DNA of 64,000 nucleotides from a virus. The stretch lies in the IMG/VR virus record IMGVR_UViG_3300045988_060114; one strand, 5' to 3'. Every line of letters begins with the position of its first letter. Within the stretch, counting starts at the first letter, position 1. Under the pieces are notes generated by a model that searched no databases, was not told the DNA's origin, and saw only the letters and a program-made list of their open reading frames with translations. Of this stretch, positions 1-8,672 are shown piece by piece. The position numbers and the translations under genes were made by a program.

Positions 1-951
1 GTCTTTATCATTTAGTTCAGGTACAACGTATTTGGCTGCTGCTGATTCTAAATTAACGAATGATTCGGCTTTGCTTAAAAAAATATCAATGCCTTGTATA
101 AGATTTGATATTTTATCAAGGTTATCTATGTTTGCGCTAATAGTCCAAGTTGCTATTGCTGGTCCAATCGACCAAAATCTCTTGTTATAAGGGTCAACAC
201 TAACAGAAGCTAAAGTTGCACTATTCCAGTCAAGTTTAAAAATATTGGAAATGCTGTAGTAAGTTCCATCGTATAATCTGATGGCTGCTACTCCAAACAC
301 AAAATACTTTTGCCATTGTTTTCCTTTGTCGGACAAAGTCTTATTAATTACAGCGTCAAACATGTTGAAAACTTTTGAGACTTGGTTTACATTCATTCCA
401 GTTATCTTTCTACCAGAAGAACTGCTTTCATAAGTAACATAGTCCCAAAATTCATCACCTAGCGAGATTTCTGCTGAACCACCTTGATAATCAAATTCTT
501 TAAAACCGATTTTGATTCCATAGTTAAAGTTATCTCTATCAAATAGCTGATAATTATCGTCAATCCAATATAAGTATTTGATAGATATTTCTCCAACAAA
601 ATTAACTATATTGCCTACTGCTGTGACGGCATTGACGTGGAATCCGTTCAAGTCGATAGGGTTCTTGGTTCCGTCTCCACCTTTTTCCATCCAGTACCAA
701 GTATCATCTGATTTTCGGATGATGTAGTGGGAGTGAATCGCTTCATCGTGTGTTACCTTATGCACCAGTTCAATGGTATCTCCTACATCCAGCGTGATGT
801 TCGGTTCAGCTACTACTGGCTGGTGGATAGGGTGGAGTGCCCCATCCTCATTGATGAGGTTGAGGCAGGTTGCCAACTCACCATCCTGACAATTATAGTC
901 GGATGGTGAGTGTGTCAAGCCTTGAAATATTACATCTTGTCTTGTTGCCAT
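1..951 (-). CDS. hypothetical protein, 5' part only (continues past left edge of window)
   Basis: Manual translation of the minus strand from ATG at 951 (MATRQDVIFQGLTHSPSDYNCQDGELATC...) stays open to position 1. It is absent from the ORF track because no stop lies in the window. The start overlaps the stop of the upstream ORF (930). Confidence 0.6.
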   Translation of the reverse strand, partial: MATRQDVIFQGLTHSPSDYNCQDGELATCLNLINEDGALHPIHQPVVAEPNITLDVGDTIELVHKVTHDEAIHSHYIIRKSDDTWYWMEKGGDGTKNPIDLNGFHVNAVTAVGNIVNFVGEISIKYLYWIDDNYQLFDRDNFNYGIKIGFKEFDYQGGSAEISLGDEFWDYVTYESSSSGRKITGMNVNQVSKVFNMFDAVINKTLSDKGKQWQKYFVFGVAAIRLYDGTYYSISNIFKLDWNSATLASVSVDPYNKRFWSIGPAIATWTISANIDNLDKISNLIQGIDIFLSKAESFVNLESAAAKYVVPELNDKD

Positions 952-1373
952 GTGCTTAAATTTGAGTTTGGTCGCATGATTTCGTAATAAGGTTCTCCTT
1001 TTTGTGACTTGCGTGGGATGCAAGTAAGGCGAACCATTCTGTTGAGTGGAAGGTTGTACTCATCAAGGATGGCGGTGATGGAAGGGTAGTCACTTCTGAA
1101 TCCTACCTTCTTATACTTCTGATTGAATTGAAGCTGAGTGAAGTGGGTGCTGGATTTGCGAAGGACTTCCCAGTCTTCACGCATGCAGAATGCGTATGTA
1201 CCTCGGTCAGACAATCTGAATACGAAGACAGAATGGTCTGTGCGCTCTTTCTGAATGATGTGGTCATAGATACCCTTGGAGAGCGTGACCGAGTTGGCTC
1301 TTCCGTCCAGTACCACAAAATCGTTGCGGTGTCGGAAACCATTGATTTTATCTATTAAATACTTGAATTTCAT
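930..1373 (-). CDS. hypothetical protein (147 aa)
   Basis: Long ORF in a co-oriented, tightly packed minus-strand gene chain. No recognisable motif. Confidence 0.6.
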   Translation of the reverse strand: MKFKYLIDKINGFRHRNDFVVLDGRANSVTLSKGIYDHIIQKERTDHSVFVFRLSDRGTYAFCMREDWEVLRKSSTHFTQLQFNQKYKKVGFRSDYPSITAILDEYNLPLNRMVRLTCIPRKSQKGEPYYEIMRPNSNLSTWQQDKM

Positions 1374-1393
1374 TTTGCAAATATACTATGAAT

Positions 1394-1669
1394 TTATGAA
1401 ATGCTTATTTTATCTGTTAATGATTCACGTCTTTTTCTGTTGACGGCTTGCATCAGGCGGACGGTTCTCTTTGCATTCTCGCTACGGAGACAACCGCAAG
1501 AACGTGTGAATCCTGAGAGCAGGGCAGAACTGAGAATTCTCTTTCCTCTACCACAATCACACTTGCATATCCAATATACTCCGTTCCTTGCTCCCTTTTC
1601 AGAAGGGGCACGGCGGCAGACAACCAGTCTGCCAAACCTTTGCCCAGTGAGGTCTTTAATCTTTGCCAT
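1394..1669 (-). CDS. Cys-rich zinc-ribbon protein (LTGQRFGRL...WICKCDCG...SCGC pattern)
   Basis: 91-aa ORF with CxCxC...CxC cysteine clusters after a GQRFGRL motif, a pattern common in small phage proteins. It abuts the next ORF. Confidence 0.6.
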   Translation of the reverse strand: MAKIKDLTGQRFGRLVVCRRAPSEKGARNGVYWICKCDCGRGKRILSSALLSGFTRSCGCLRSENAKRTVRLMQAVNRKRRESLTDKISIS

Positions 1670-1965
1670 TACTTTTCTGCCAGTTTCTTAGCCTCTTCTA
1701 CTGATACTGGCTTTCCGCTAAGAGGAATACGGAAGTCGAACTTTGAACGGAAACTATAATAACCTACGAAATCGAAGCTCTGTTTCATACGCTCGTCTGT
1801 GGTGATGTACTTCTTGTAAGCCTTCACCTCCTTCTCAGAGCGGTAGATGGTAGAGTTGACGAAATAGGAACTGGTTCCCTTGTTGGCGATAACTGCAATA
1901 AAGAACTGCTTGCCAAGGAATTTTTCCTTGATACGCTGGATAATTGAGATTTTCTTTGTATTCAT
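1669..1965 (-). CDS. hypothetical protein (98 aa)
   Basis: ORF whose stop overlaps the start of 1394..1669. Confidence 0.55.
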   Translation of the reverse strand: MNTKKISIIQRIKEKFLGKQFFIAVIANKGTSSYFVNSTIYRSEKEVKAYKKYITTDERMKQSFDFVGYYSFRSKFDFRIPLSGKPVSVEEAKKLAEK

Positions 1966-2019
1966 ATATTAAATTTGATTAATTATTAAGAAGAATGCAG
2001 ATAGGCTGCACTCTTATAA

Positions 2020-2211
2020 CTATTCGATTCCACAATATACGATACCATCTTCTTTGTTGATTCCTCGGAAGTGTTCGCATCGCTGGCAAGCAAGGCTACC
2101 TACCATCAGGTTTTCCTTTGTGTACTTGCCTTTAATGCCGAATGGGCAGGGAGTGGTGTACTCGAAGTGCCCACCGACAAACTCATTGAGGTTATATTTT
2201 GGGTATTTCAT
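2020..2211 (-). CDS. small Cys4 protein (start trimmed to MKYPKYNLNEF)
   Basis: The internal ATG at 2211 forms an ATGA overlap with the stop of 2208..2780. Contains CP...CQRC...C. Confidence 0.5.
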   Translation of the reverse strand: MKYPKYNLNEFVGGHFEYTTPCPFGIKGKYTKENLMVGSLACQRCEHFRGINKEDGIVYCGIE

Positions 2212-2780
2212 TGGATATATTGGTATAATTGAAGATATTTGTAGAAATTTCTTGTGATAAAAAATGTACTGCTTTCTGCTCTTCCACAAGATTTCGGCTC
2301 AGGGCAGAATCCTCTATATACACATTGAGGAACGCAAGCGGACGCAAGCAAAGGTTCAATGCGGGCTAACTTATCAAGTACCTTATACCACACCTCTCTT
2401 GTCTCCTTTGATGCCTTACTGCATAATCTCAGTTTGGAGATATTGATAATCTCCTGAGCGTTGAGGGATAGCTGCAAGTTGACCAAATCATCCTGACGCA
2501 TATCGTGACGTGACACCTTGGAGCCAGTAATATCTGGTCGTGATGTGGAGACGAATGGCTGAGCATGAACATGGCGAACAAAATGGTTGCTCACCCAGTA
2601 TGGTATGCCATACATTTTAATATCGAACTCCAATTCTCTGAGCGGTGAATGCTCGCTGAGAATCATCTGTTTCTTGAACTCATCGCTAGGCTCATGTCCC
2701 AGCGGTTCTTTACCTTGTGTGAACCGAGCAGCATCCACTACACGCTGCCAGTCCGTTACTCTTTTAATTTCTAATTTCAT
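2208..2780 (-). CDS. ThyX-like (flavin-dependent thymidylate synthase fold) protein, short form
   Basis: HFVRHVHAQPFVSTSRP resembles the ThyX RHRx7-8SxR signature. At 190 aa it is shorter than canonical ThyX. Confidence 0.4.
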   Translation of the reverse strand: MKLEIKRVTDWQRVVDAARFTQGKEPLGHEPSDEFKKQMILSEHSPLRELEFDIKMYGIPYWVSNHFVRHVHAQPFVSTSRPDITGSKVSRHDMRQDDLVNLQLSLNAQEIINISKLRLCSKASKETREVWYKVLDKLARIEPLLASACVPQCVYRGFCPEPKSCGRAESSTFFITRNFYKYLQLYQYIQ

Positions 2781-2782
2781 AA

Positions 2783-2905
2783 CTAATGATTATTATAACC
2801 TAACAAACATGATAAAATATACTCAGCATCTTGTCTGTTCCAAGCAAAAACAAAATGCTCTTTCCCTTTTTTGTCTTTTATAAGATATACTCCTCTTAGT
2901 CTCAT
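2783..2905 (-). CDS. small hypothetical protein (40 aa, below ORF-track cutoff)
   Basis: Manual translation MRLRGVYLIKDKKGKEHFVFAWNRQDAEYILSCLLGYNNH. Its ATG forms an ATGA overlap with the stop of 2902..3129, and it fills an otherwise empty gap. Confidence 0.4.
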   Translation of the reverse strand: MRLRGVYLIKDKKGKEHFVFAWNRQDAEYILSCLLGYNNH

Positions 2906-3129
2906 ACCCATATTTCTAAACCTTTAATATTCTTTTCAACAGGTTCATCCTTCCATGTTAGAGAGTGACCTATTAATTGCTTTATTCGTCCTTTGGGCAG
3001 TTCACACCAATAGTCAACTGCGTCCATTTCCCAATAAGGCTTACCATCGCCAATGTCTTCACGATAAGGCTTTTGAGCAAAGACGAACTCTTTTCCATCT
3101 GGATTACAACAAAGAAATGCCATATTCAA
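2902..3129 (-). CDS. hypothetical protein (75 aa)
   Basis: ORF in an overlap-coupled chain. Confidence 0.55.
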   Translation of the reverse strand: MNMAFLCCNPDGKEFVFAQKPYREDIGDGKPYWEMDAVDYWCELPKGRIKQLIGHSLTWKDEPVEKNIKGLEIWV

Positions 3130-3347
3130 TCTCCCACTTCTATTTTATATTCCAACTCATCAGTCAAATCGCTTATTAGCTTAACGGCATCCTTTAAAGC
3201 ATCATACATGTTATCTCCTTCTGATACAAGTTCATCAAGAGTGCTACTCTCACTCATATCCTCTGGAAAATCATTTGGCTTCCAAGTGATTCTTTCATTT
3301 TTCTTCTCAAACTCTCTAGCCTTTTCTAAAAGTTTTTCTCTTGTCAT
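3126..3347 (-). CDS. hypothetical acidic protein (73 aa)
   Basis: ORF with 4-nt overlaps to both neighbours. Confidence 0.55.
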   Translation of the reverse strand: MTREKLLEKAREFEKKNERITWKPNDFPEDMSESSTLDELVSEGDNMYDALKDAVKLISDLTDELEYKIEVGD

Positions 3348-3682
3348 ACTTCTAATTCCTTTAAAATCAATTTTACTTGTTCACATATAGGTGCATCCCA
3401 ACCTTCATCGAACTCTTCGCCATCAGAAGATGTATGATGTTTATTAACATAATCAAAGATAGCGTTATGAAAGAAGTCATCATCTGTTCCGTAATCGTCT
3501 TCATTATAAAAGCCTTCGTGACTTAGGAGTTCTTCACATTCCTTGTGCATACAGATTGCAGACCTATATTCAGTATTAAACTGCCTGGTATATTTGGTTC
3601 CTGCTTCTATCGTACAACCACACATATAACATTTGTGAGGTTTGCGTGCCTTACGTTCTGTATCTATCCAATTCATAATCAT
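3344..3682 (-). CDS. Cys/His-rich putative zinc-binding protein (112 aa)
   Basis: HKCYMCGC...CMHKEC cluster. Overlap-coupled. Confidence 0.6.
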   Translation of the reverse strand: MIMNWIDTERKARKPHKCYMCGCTIEAGTKYTRQFNTEYRSAICMHKECEELLSHEGFYNEDDYGTDDDFFHNAIFDYVNKHHTSSDGEEFDEGWDAPICEQVKLILKELEV

Positions 3683-4047
3683 TTATCTTTTGGGTCAACG
3701 AATGGTAGCCAGTACTCTACATTAGGAATATTCCATCCATTGTAGTCTTTGGCAATCTTTTTATCTACTATATGTCCAAAGCATATTTCTCCATCTGTAG
3801 TGAGGACAACAGCTTCTTTATCTACTGGTGGAAGTCTATCCTTGACAGAAACCCATATAGGTGAAACTAGCTTTGGTTTACGATTTTGTAGAGTAGCAAT
3901 ATATTCAAAGGTAGGAAAAAATACAGGATATTTCTGCCAATTGTCTTCTTCTATTGCCTTGTTAATTGTTTCTTCTTTTGAGTTTGCTTCAACCATAACA
4001 AACTTAGGGTTAGACGATTTGAAAGAATCAACTCTATATATTGCCAT
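3679..4047 (-). CDS. DUF551-like phage protein
   Basis: WVSVKDRLPPVDKEAVVL...EYWLPF resembles the DUF551 'W.sv.d.LP' pattern seen in prophages. Confidence 0.5.
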   Translation of the reverse strand: MAIYRVDSFKSSNPKFVMVEANSKEETINKAIEEDNWQKYPVFFPTFEYIATLQNRKPKLVSPIWVSVKDRLPPVDKEAVVLTTDGEICFGHIVDKKIAKDYNGWNIPNVEYWLPFVDPKDK

Positions 4048-4059
4048 TGCTTAATCCTC

Positions 4060-4347
4060 CTATAAATATCTTATCATTGTTTCATAATCTTGTAAACATT
4101 CAGAAGGAATACTTTTAAAATATTCTTCTATTACAGACTTAGCATCATCACCCATATCTTTCAACATGGTAACGAGTGCTTCTTTTTTATCAGTATCATA
4201 CATAACCTTAAACATTTCTGTTATAAGACTTATATGAGATTCATCACCTACTCTATCACGGAATGTTTCAATCATGAAATCATATAATTCTTTATTAGAC
4301 AGCTTGCACATCAATCTATCCAAGTCTATTGTTACATATACGCTCAT
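4060..4347 (-). CDS. hypothetical protein (95 aa)
   Basis: ORF in the chain. Confidence 0.55.
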   Translation of the reverse strand: MSVYVTIDLDRLMCKLSNKELYDFMIETFRDRVGDESHISLITEMFKVMYDTDKKEALVTMLKDMGDDAKSVIEEYFKSIPSECLQDYETMIRYL

Positions 4348-4487
4348 TGCTTACTCTCCAACTCTTTAAGTGCATCCTCGATATTGCCCATAGCCTTCCA
4401 AAGAAGGTTATGCTGAGTAGCACCACCTTTGTTATACTCATCAAGTTGATTATATGCTTGACTTAACAATTCCTTAGCTTTATTCAT
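4344..4487 (-). CDS. small hypothetical protein (47 aa)
   Basis: Manual translation MNKAKELLSQAYNQLDEYNKGGATQHNLLWKAMGNIEDALKELESKQ. Its stop forms an ATGA overlap with the start of 4060..4347. Confidence 0.4.
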   Translation of the reverse strand: MNKAKELLSQAYNQLDEYNKGGATQHNLLWKAMGNIEDALKELESKQ

Positions 4488-4572
4488 TTTAATTCTCCTT
4501 TTATTTTATTTTGACACGTCATTTGCTGTATGCAAAATGGTAATATTGCCACAAAATTTAATACGTATTAAT

Positions 4573-4692
4573 ATGTCAAAAACAAAATCAACACCACTTT
4601 GCCGTAGTGCAAAAACAGGTCGTTTTGTTACAGAAAAGTATGCTGACACACATAAGGCTACTACTGTGAAGGAAACTCGCAAGAAGGGTTAA
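4573..4692 (+). CDS. small basic protein (39 aa) with a TGRFVTEKYA...TTVKE motif
   Basis: Manual translation MSKTKSTPLCRSAKTGRFVTEKYADTHKATTVKETRKKG. I recall this motif from a widespread family of tiny bacterial/phage proteins. It lies on the opposite strand to its neighbours and converges on 4661..5047. Confidence 0.3.
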   Translation: MSKTKSTPLCRSAKTGRFVTEKYADTHKATTVKETRKKG

Positions 4693-5047
4693 GTGCATCA
4701 TTCACCTTATTGGTGATGAATCCAATTAGGTAGGCATAGGCTTCGTCACTTTCGTGGCATAGGCAGATGCCTACCTTTTCCATTATGAAGCACACACAAT
4801 GGAATATCTCATGTGCCAATGTCCCTTTGTCGTTTGCATCAGAAACCCATAAGGCAACCTGACCACTACTAAGCAAGGCTGACCGTCCAATACTTCCTTC
4901 GTCAATATCCTTCCCTATTTCGTTATATGCTTCATTCGCATCATCATTGCTCAGATACTCTTCCAACGATGACTTCAATTCTTCTTTCTCACCTACCACG
5001 AAAAGCATATCTATGTTATAGATGTCTATTGATATTACTTTGTTCAT
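4661..5047 (-). CDS. small HExxH (zincin-like) protein, paralog of 45264..45659
   Basis: TLAHEIFHCVCFIMEKVGI...ESDEAYAYLIGF. Same architecture as IGHELLHVVAHICEQDGI...EEPCYMMGSL in 45264..45659. Confidence 0.6.
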   Translation of the reverse strand: MNKVISIDIYNIDMLFVVGEKEELKSSLEEYLSNDDANEAYNEIGKDIDEGSIGRSALLSSGQVALWVSDANDKGTLAHEIFHCVCFIMEKVGICLCHESDEAYAYLIGFITNKVNDALNPSCEFPSQ

Positions 5048-5050
5048 TGC

Positions 5051-5173
5051 TTATCCTCCTTTTCTGTTTCTTTCTATATGCTTTAGTTGTGCAATACTTA
5101 TATTGCCATATCGTTTATACATACCTTTGAGATATGCAATATAGGCAGCTAATGTTATTTTATCAGCATCCAT
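5051..5173 (-). CDS. small hypothetical protein (40 aa)
   Basis: Manual codon-by-codon translation MDADKITLAAYIAYLKGMYKRYGNISIAQLKHIERNRKGG. It ends 3 nt before the next start. Confidence 0.35.
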   Translation of the reverse strand: MDADKITLAAYIAYLKGMYKRYGNISIAQLKHIERNRKGG

Positions 5174-5222
5174 ATTCTCTTCTTTTTACCTCTCCCTGCT
5201 GTCAAGGAGAGGGTGATTGGTA

Positions 5223-5438
5223 CTAAAGCTCATCAAACTCTTTCTGCCACTTCTTCTTAGTTTCTAAAAGAAGTTTCTTGAATTTAGCTTTGAACTCTTC
5301 ATCACACTCTGATAATTCCCAAATACTGTCCGCAAGTTTGCTACGGTGTGATTTTGAAGACATATTTAATAGTTCATCTATTTTAGGAAGCAAACCCTTT
5401 GCTAAGAAGTTTGCTCTTTCTAATTTATCTATATTCAT
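5223..5438 (-). CDS. hypothetical coiled-coil protein (71 aa)
   Basis: ORF rich in K/E/L. Confidence 0.55.
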   Translation of the reverse strand: MNIDKLERANFLAKGLLPKIDELLNMSSKSHRSKLADSIWELSECDEEFKAKFKKLLLETKKKWQKEFDEL

Positions 5439-5523
5439 ATTACTATTTTTTATATCCTTTGCAAGATGGTTAAATGAGAAGCAAGCGATGATAAAATAAA
5501 GTGCTTAATTTTAAAAATATCAT

Positions 5524-5561
5524 TTTGTTTGCTTGCTTCTCGAAAATTATTGTTATCTTTG
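5524..5561 (+). promoter_or_regulatory. Bacteroides-type promoter (TTTG -33 / TATCTTTG -7)
   Basis: TTTG at 5524-5531 and TATCTTTG at 5554-5561, about 30 nt upstream of the ATG at 5591. Confidence 0.5.
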
Positions 5562-5590
5562 TACCGCTTAATTTTAAAAATATAAACGAT

Positions 5591-5770
5591 ATGAAAAATT
5601 TTATTGAATTAAAAGACAGTGATGATAAATCTGTCTTGGTTAATGTGAATCAGATTGTAGCTATCCAGAATACAGAGGAAGGCATCATTATGCACATGGT
5701 TGGTGGATATGATGTATTTCCTAAGTATGATAACTGGCTACAACTAAAACACATGATTGAAGAGAGTTAA
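5591..5770 (+). CDS. hypothetical protein (59 aa; start trimmed to MKNFIELK)
   Basis: The track ORF 5501..5770 begins inside the promoter, so the internal ATG at 5591 downstream of the -7 box is preferred. Confidence 0.5.
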   Translation: MKNFIELKDSDDKSVLVNVNQIVAIQNTEEGIIMHMVGGYDVFPKYDNWLQLKHMIEES

Positions 5771-5988
5771 TTGTAAAGGTACTCTTCCAAGACTTTATCA
5801 AGCAAATCAATCCCTGCTATAGTCTTATAGTGTTGCTTGACTACCCAAATTCTATCTCTCCATTGGCGAAGAGGTGAATCGTAAACCCATTTAAATCGTG
5901 CTACGTTGGTGCTTGTTAAAGAATTGCTATTATATAGTTTCTTCTTTAGCCACTTACGTAGCATCTTTTTTATTATGTTCTGTATCAT
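5767..5988 (-). CDS. hypothetical basic protein (73 aa)
   Basis: ORF. Confidence 0.5.
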   Translation of the reverse strand: MIQNIIKKMLRKWLKKKLYNSNSLTSTNVARFKWVYDSPLRQWRDRIWVVKQHYKTIAGIDLLDKVLEEYLYN

Positions 5989-5999
5989 ATAACTACTAT

Positions 6000-6140
6000 T
6001 TATGCCCGAAGGCGGTAAATTTTTCTGTCTTGACGAGTTATTATCTCACATTCATTTCCTATACGATTCCAATAACCGCATTGGTAACATTTTCTTCCGT
6101 AGAAAGGGCAATGGTGGTTTACTTGTGTTGCTATACTCAT
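6000..6140 (-). CDS. small Cys-rich protein (start trimmed to MSIATQVNHHCPFYGRKCYQCGYW)
   Basis: CP...CxxC...C pattern. The internal ATG at 6140 lies just after the stop of 6143..6529. Confidence 0.45.
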   Translation of the reverse strand: MSIATQVNHHCPFYGRKCYQCGYWNRIGNECEIITRQDRKIYRLRA

Positions 6141-6142
6141 AC

Positions 6143-6529
6143 CTACACCTCCATTTCTGAGTTCAGTCCTAGACCGAAGAGAAGGTGCTGGAGTTGATGA
6201 ACCCACTTAACATCGGGCAAAGTTTCTTCTCCACAAATGAAGACAGAGAAATCTTCTTCAGCAGGATAATAGTACAAGTCAGGAAATACATCATCTTTGC
6301 TATATACATGCCATTCAAATCCATCTTCATCCTTGTGGCATTCTGCAAACTCCCATCCGTTCTTCTCTAGGATGGCTGGTGTGAGGCCAATCGGTTCTAG
6401 GTCACTATTCTTACAAGCAACATCAACACCATCAATCTCTACTCTTGGATAGGAAGCTCCAATCCATGTTACCTTTCTTGGTTGATTATCAACCATAAAG
6501 ATGTCACCAACTAAATATTTCTGTGCCAT
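6143..6529 (-). CDS. hypothetical protein (128 aa)
   Basis: ORF. Confidence 0.6.
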   Translation of the reverse strand: MAQKYLVGDIFMVDNQPRKVTWIGASYPRVEIDGVDVACKNSDLEPIGLTPAILEKNGWEFAECHKDEDGFEWHVYSKDDVFPDLYYYPAEEDFSVFICGEETLPDVKWVHQLQHLLFGLGLNSEMEV

Positions 6530-6534
6530 ACGCT

Positions 6535-6684
6535 TTACTTTTTAAGTTTCTTATATCTTTTATACCAATCTGGTGAGAAATAACCACATAGATATGCTGC
6601 TATAACGCCACATATTAAAAAATGAACCACCAAAAATATCCATAGAGCAAGTGCTAGGATGTCGTTTTTTACTTCGCCTGTCAT
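6535..6684 (-). CDS. small membrane protein (49 aa)
   Basis: Manual translation MTGEVKNDILALALWIFLVVHFLICGVIAAYLCGYFSPDWYKRYKKLKK. One long hydrophobic stretch. Confidence 0.4.
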   Translation of the reverse strand: MTGEVKNDILALALWIFLVVHFLICGVIAAYLCGYFSPDWYKRYKKLKK

Positions 6685-6689
6685 ACGCT

Positions 6690-6890
6690 TTAATTTCTCA
6701 TGATGTGACACTTAACAACCTTGTTTGCTAGATGAGGTTGCGAATTATTGAAATTCTCTATAAACTGACGTTCCATCTGTTCAGGGAAGATGGGCTTGGT
6801 GGGCTTTGGGATGGTGATGGTAGCTTGGATTTTGCTACCATCACTCAACGTCATTAAGCATCTTCTTGATATTTCTTCTATTCCAAACAT
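6690..6890 (-). CDS. hypothetical protein (66 aa)
   Basis: ORF. Confidence 0.5.
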   Translation of the reverse strand: MFGIEEISRRCLMTLSDGSKIQATITIPKPTKPIFPEQMERQFIENFNNSQPHLANKVVKCHIMRN

Positions 6891-6902
6891 ATTGCTGTCC
6901 TC

Positions 6903-7508
6903 CTAATATAAGCATCCGTGAAGGTACGGACGAGATTCGTTATACTGCATTTTCAACTTGATGTGCTCAACTAGGTCTATGCCTTCTATGTGGGCTAGGG
7001 CGAAGACCTGAACCAGAATATCCTGCAAGCGCAAGGTGTTCATCCATGCTGGTGAGCAGGAGAAAGGGAAGTAGGTCATGCGAGTGATGATGAGGTACAT
7101 GGCATCAGGAAGGGAATAGGTTCCGTGCTCGAACTCTACCTTGTGATACTCCTCTGTCTTTTTGAGTTCAATATCATTCATCAGGCATATTATCTTCTGA
7201 GAGTTGTAGAATCCTAAAAGCGACATGATGCGGATGGCGATGTCTGCAAACTCAGATTGTACGGTTCCTTCCAAGGATTCCTCGTAGGCTTGCTCCTCAG
7301 ATACTCCCAGCCACTTGTTGTAGTCTTCAATGCTTCCGTTGCGGCTGTGGCGTTGGGCTTGGATGGTCTCGCTCATTTCTGTGATGATGAGCATTAACTC
7401 TTGGTTGATGTCCAAATCAGGCTTTAACAAGCCTTTGACTTTGGCATTATCGTATGCCTTGGTCATAAACTGCTTTAGCAGTTGTTGTGTTAATGGTGTT
7501 GTTTCCAT
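6903..7508 (-). CDS. MazG-like all-alpha NTP pyrophosphohydrolase
   Basis: ITEMSETIQAQR (ExxE) and EFADIAIRIMSLLG (ExxD) match the MazG/dimeric-dUTPase metal-binding pattern. Confidence 0.55.
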   Translation of the reverse strand: METTPLTQQLLKQFMTKAYDNAKVKGLLKPDLDINQELMLIITEMSETIQAQRHSRNGSIEDYNKWLGVSEEQAYEESLEGTVQSEFADIAIRIMSLLGFYNSQKIICLMNDIELKKTEEYHKVEFEHGTYSLPDAMYLIITRMTYFPFSCSPAWMNTLRLQDILVQVFALAHIEGIDLVEHIKLKMQYNESRPYLHGCLY

Positions 7509-7521
7509 ATTGTTTTTGAAT

Positions 7522-7737
7522 TTATTGTTTTCTGATAGTGAATGCCATATCGTTGAGGGTTCTGCACCAGTTTACCTTGCCTTCTGCGCATAATTCATTG
7601 ATGGCTTGATAAGGCTGATGGCATCCTCTGTTGATAATTTCGGCTGTGAGTACGTGAGGTGGCACGATGTGTGCAGCTTCACGCTCTGCCTGAATCTCAG
7701 CGATGATGGCTAGGATTTTTTCTTTCTCTGTCTTCAT
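7522..7737 (-). CDS. hypothetical protein (71 aa)
   Basis: ORF. Confidence 0.5.
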   Translation of the reverse strand: MKTEKEKILAIIAEIQAEREAAHIVPPHVLTAEIINRGCHQPYQAINELCAEGKVNWCRTLNDMAFTIRKQ

Positions 7738-7984
7738 GAGGTGAAGGTAAGAATGAAACTTGGGTGACTAAAGACTGATACATAAGAATTTCCTTGTTTC
7801 CGTTTATGTCCATGCAGCACCATTTTCCATCTATCATGGTTCCGATGATAGGCTTGTCTTTGTACCACATGATAAGGGTCTTGCCTTCAAAGAGAAGGCG
7901 GTGGGCTTTGCTTACTCGCTTGCCTACCTTGATATATCCGAATATGTTCATGTTAGAAGAGGGATAACTGACCAGTCTTGTCAT
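7697..7984 (-). CDS. hypothetical protein (95 aa)
   Basis: ORF overlapping both neighbours. Confidence 0.5.
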   Translation of the reverse strand: MTRLVSYPSSNMNIFGYIKVGKRVSKAHRLLFEGKTLIMWYKDKPIIGTMIDGKWCCMDINGNKEILMYQSLVTQVSFLPSPHEDRERKNPSHHR

Positions 7985-8285
7985 GGTAGTGATTCCCTGA
8001 AGGGAATATCAGTTCCTCGAACATGGCGGTCAGGCAGTTGGTTACTATTGAGTTTCCTGCCAGTGCATAGAGTTTGCTTTTGCAGATGATGAGTTGACCA
8101 GACTTCTCCTTGCTCAGGAGTTTGTCTATGTCAGCTTCGTGGACTCCCATCAGTCGGAAACAATCTCTTGGAGTGTACTTCCTGATTTGGATGGAGTATC
8201 GCTTTCCGTTGGGAGCGGTGTGAATGATTTCTTTGTTCATGATGGTTACGAATGTCATTGATGATGAATCTATTGTGGTTAGCAT
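7953..8285 (-). CDS. C5-cytosine DNA methyltransferase, C-terminal fragment (motifs IX-X)
   Basis: RKYTPRDCFRLMGV (motif IX) and ALAGNSIVTNCL (motif X). The frame stays open about 24 codons upstream of the ATG. Confidence 0.75.
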   Translation of the reverse strand: MLTTIDSSSMTFVTIMNKEIIHTAPNGKRYSIQIRKYTPRDCFRLMGVHEADIDKLLSKEKSGQLIICKSKLYALAGNSIVTNCLTAMFEELIFPSGNHYHDKTGQLSLF

Positions 8286-8672
8286 GGTAGGGGCGATGCC
8301 TTGATATACTTGCTGATTATATAAGTCTAAGACTTGCCCCCCCCATATCAGGTTTCACCTTCCCCGATAGAAGCAGGGATTTCATTCTCTTACCTCCTGT
8401 TATCATATCTCCTTTACGATTAAAAATAGTGGGATGCAGTTACCTCCGTGACCCATAGCTGAATTGAGAGTAGGAGAGATTCCCTTGGTGGAATAGACTC
8501 TGGTCTGCTGCTCTATTCTGCCTTTTGTTTGGAGGTTTGCTAGCTTTATAATTTTGTCGCACATTATAATTTCTTGATGATTAAGACTCCACCCTTTGGA
8601 TAATGACCAGTGTCTAGCATATTCATTACGCTGGTCATAGAAAAACTAGAGGTGACAGCAACAGAGCAGCCA
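8286..8672 (-). other. non-coding spacer splitting the C5-MTase inside its target-recognition region (intron candidate)
   Basis: No ORF joins the two halves. It contains hairpins such as ATGACCAG-N20-CTGGTCAT (minus-strand sense). Confidence 0.4.
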
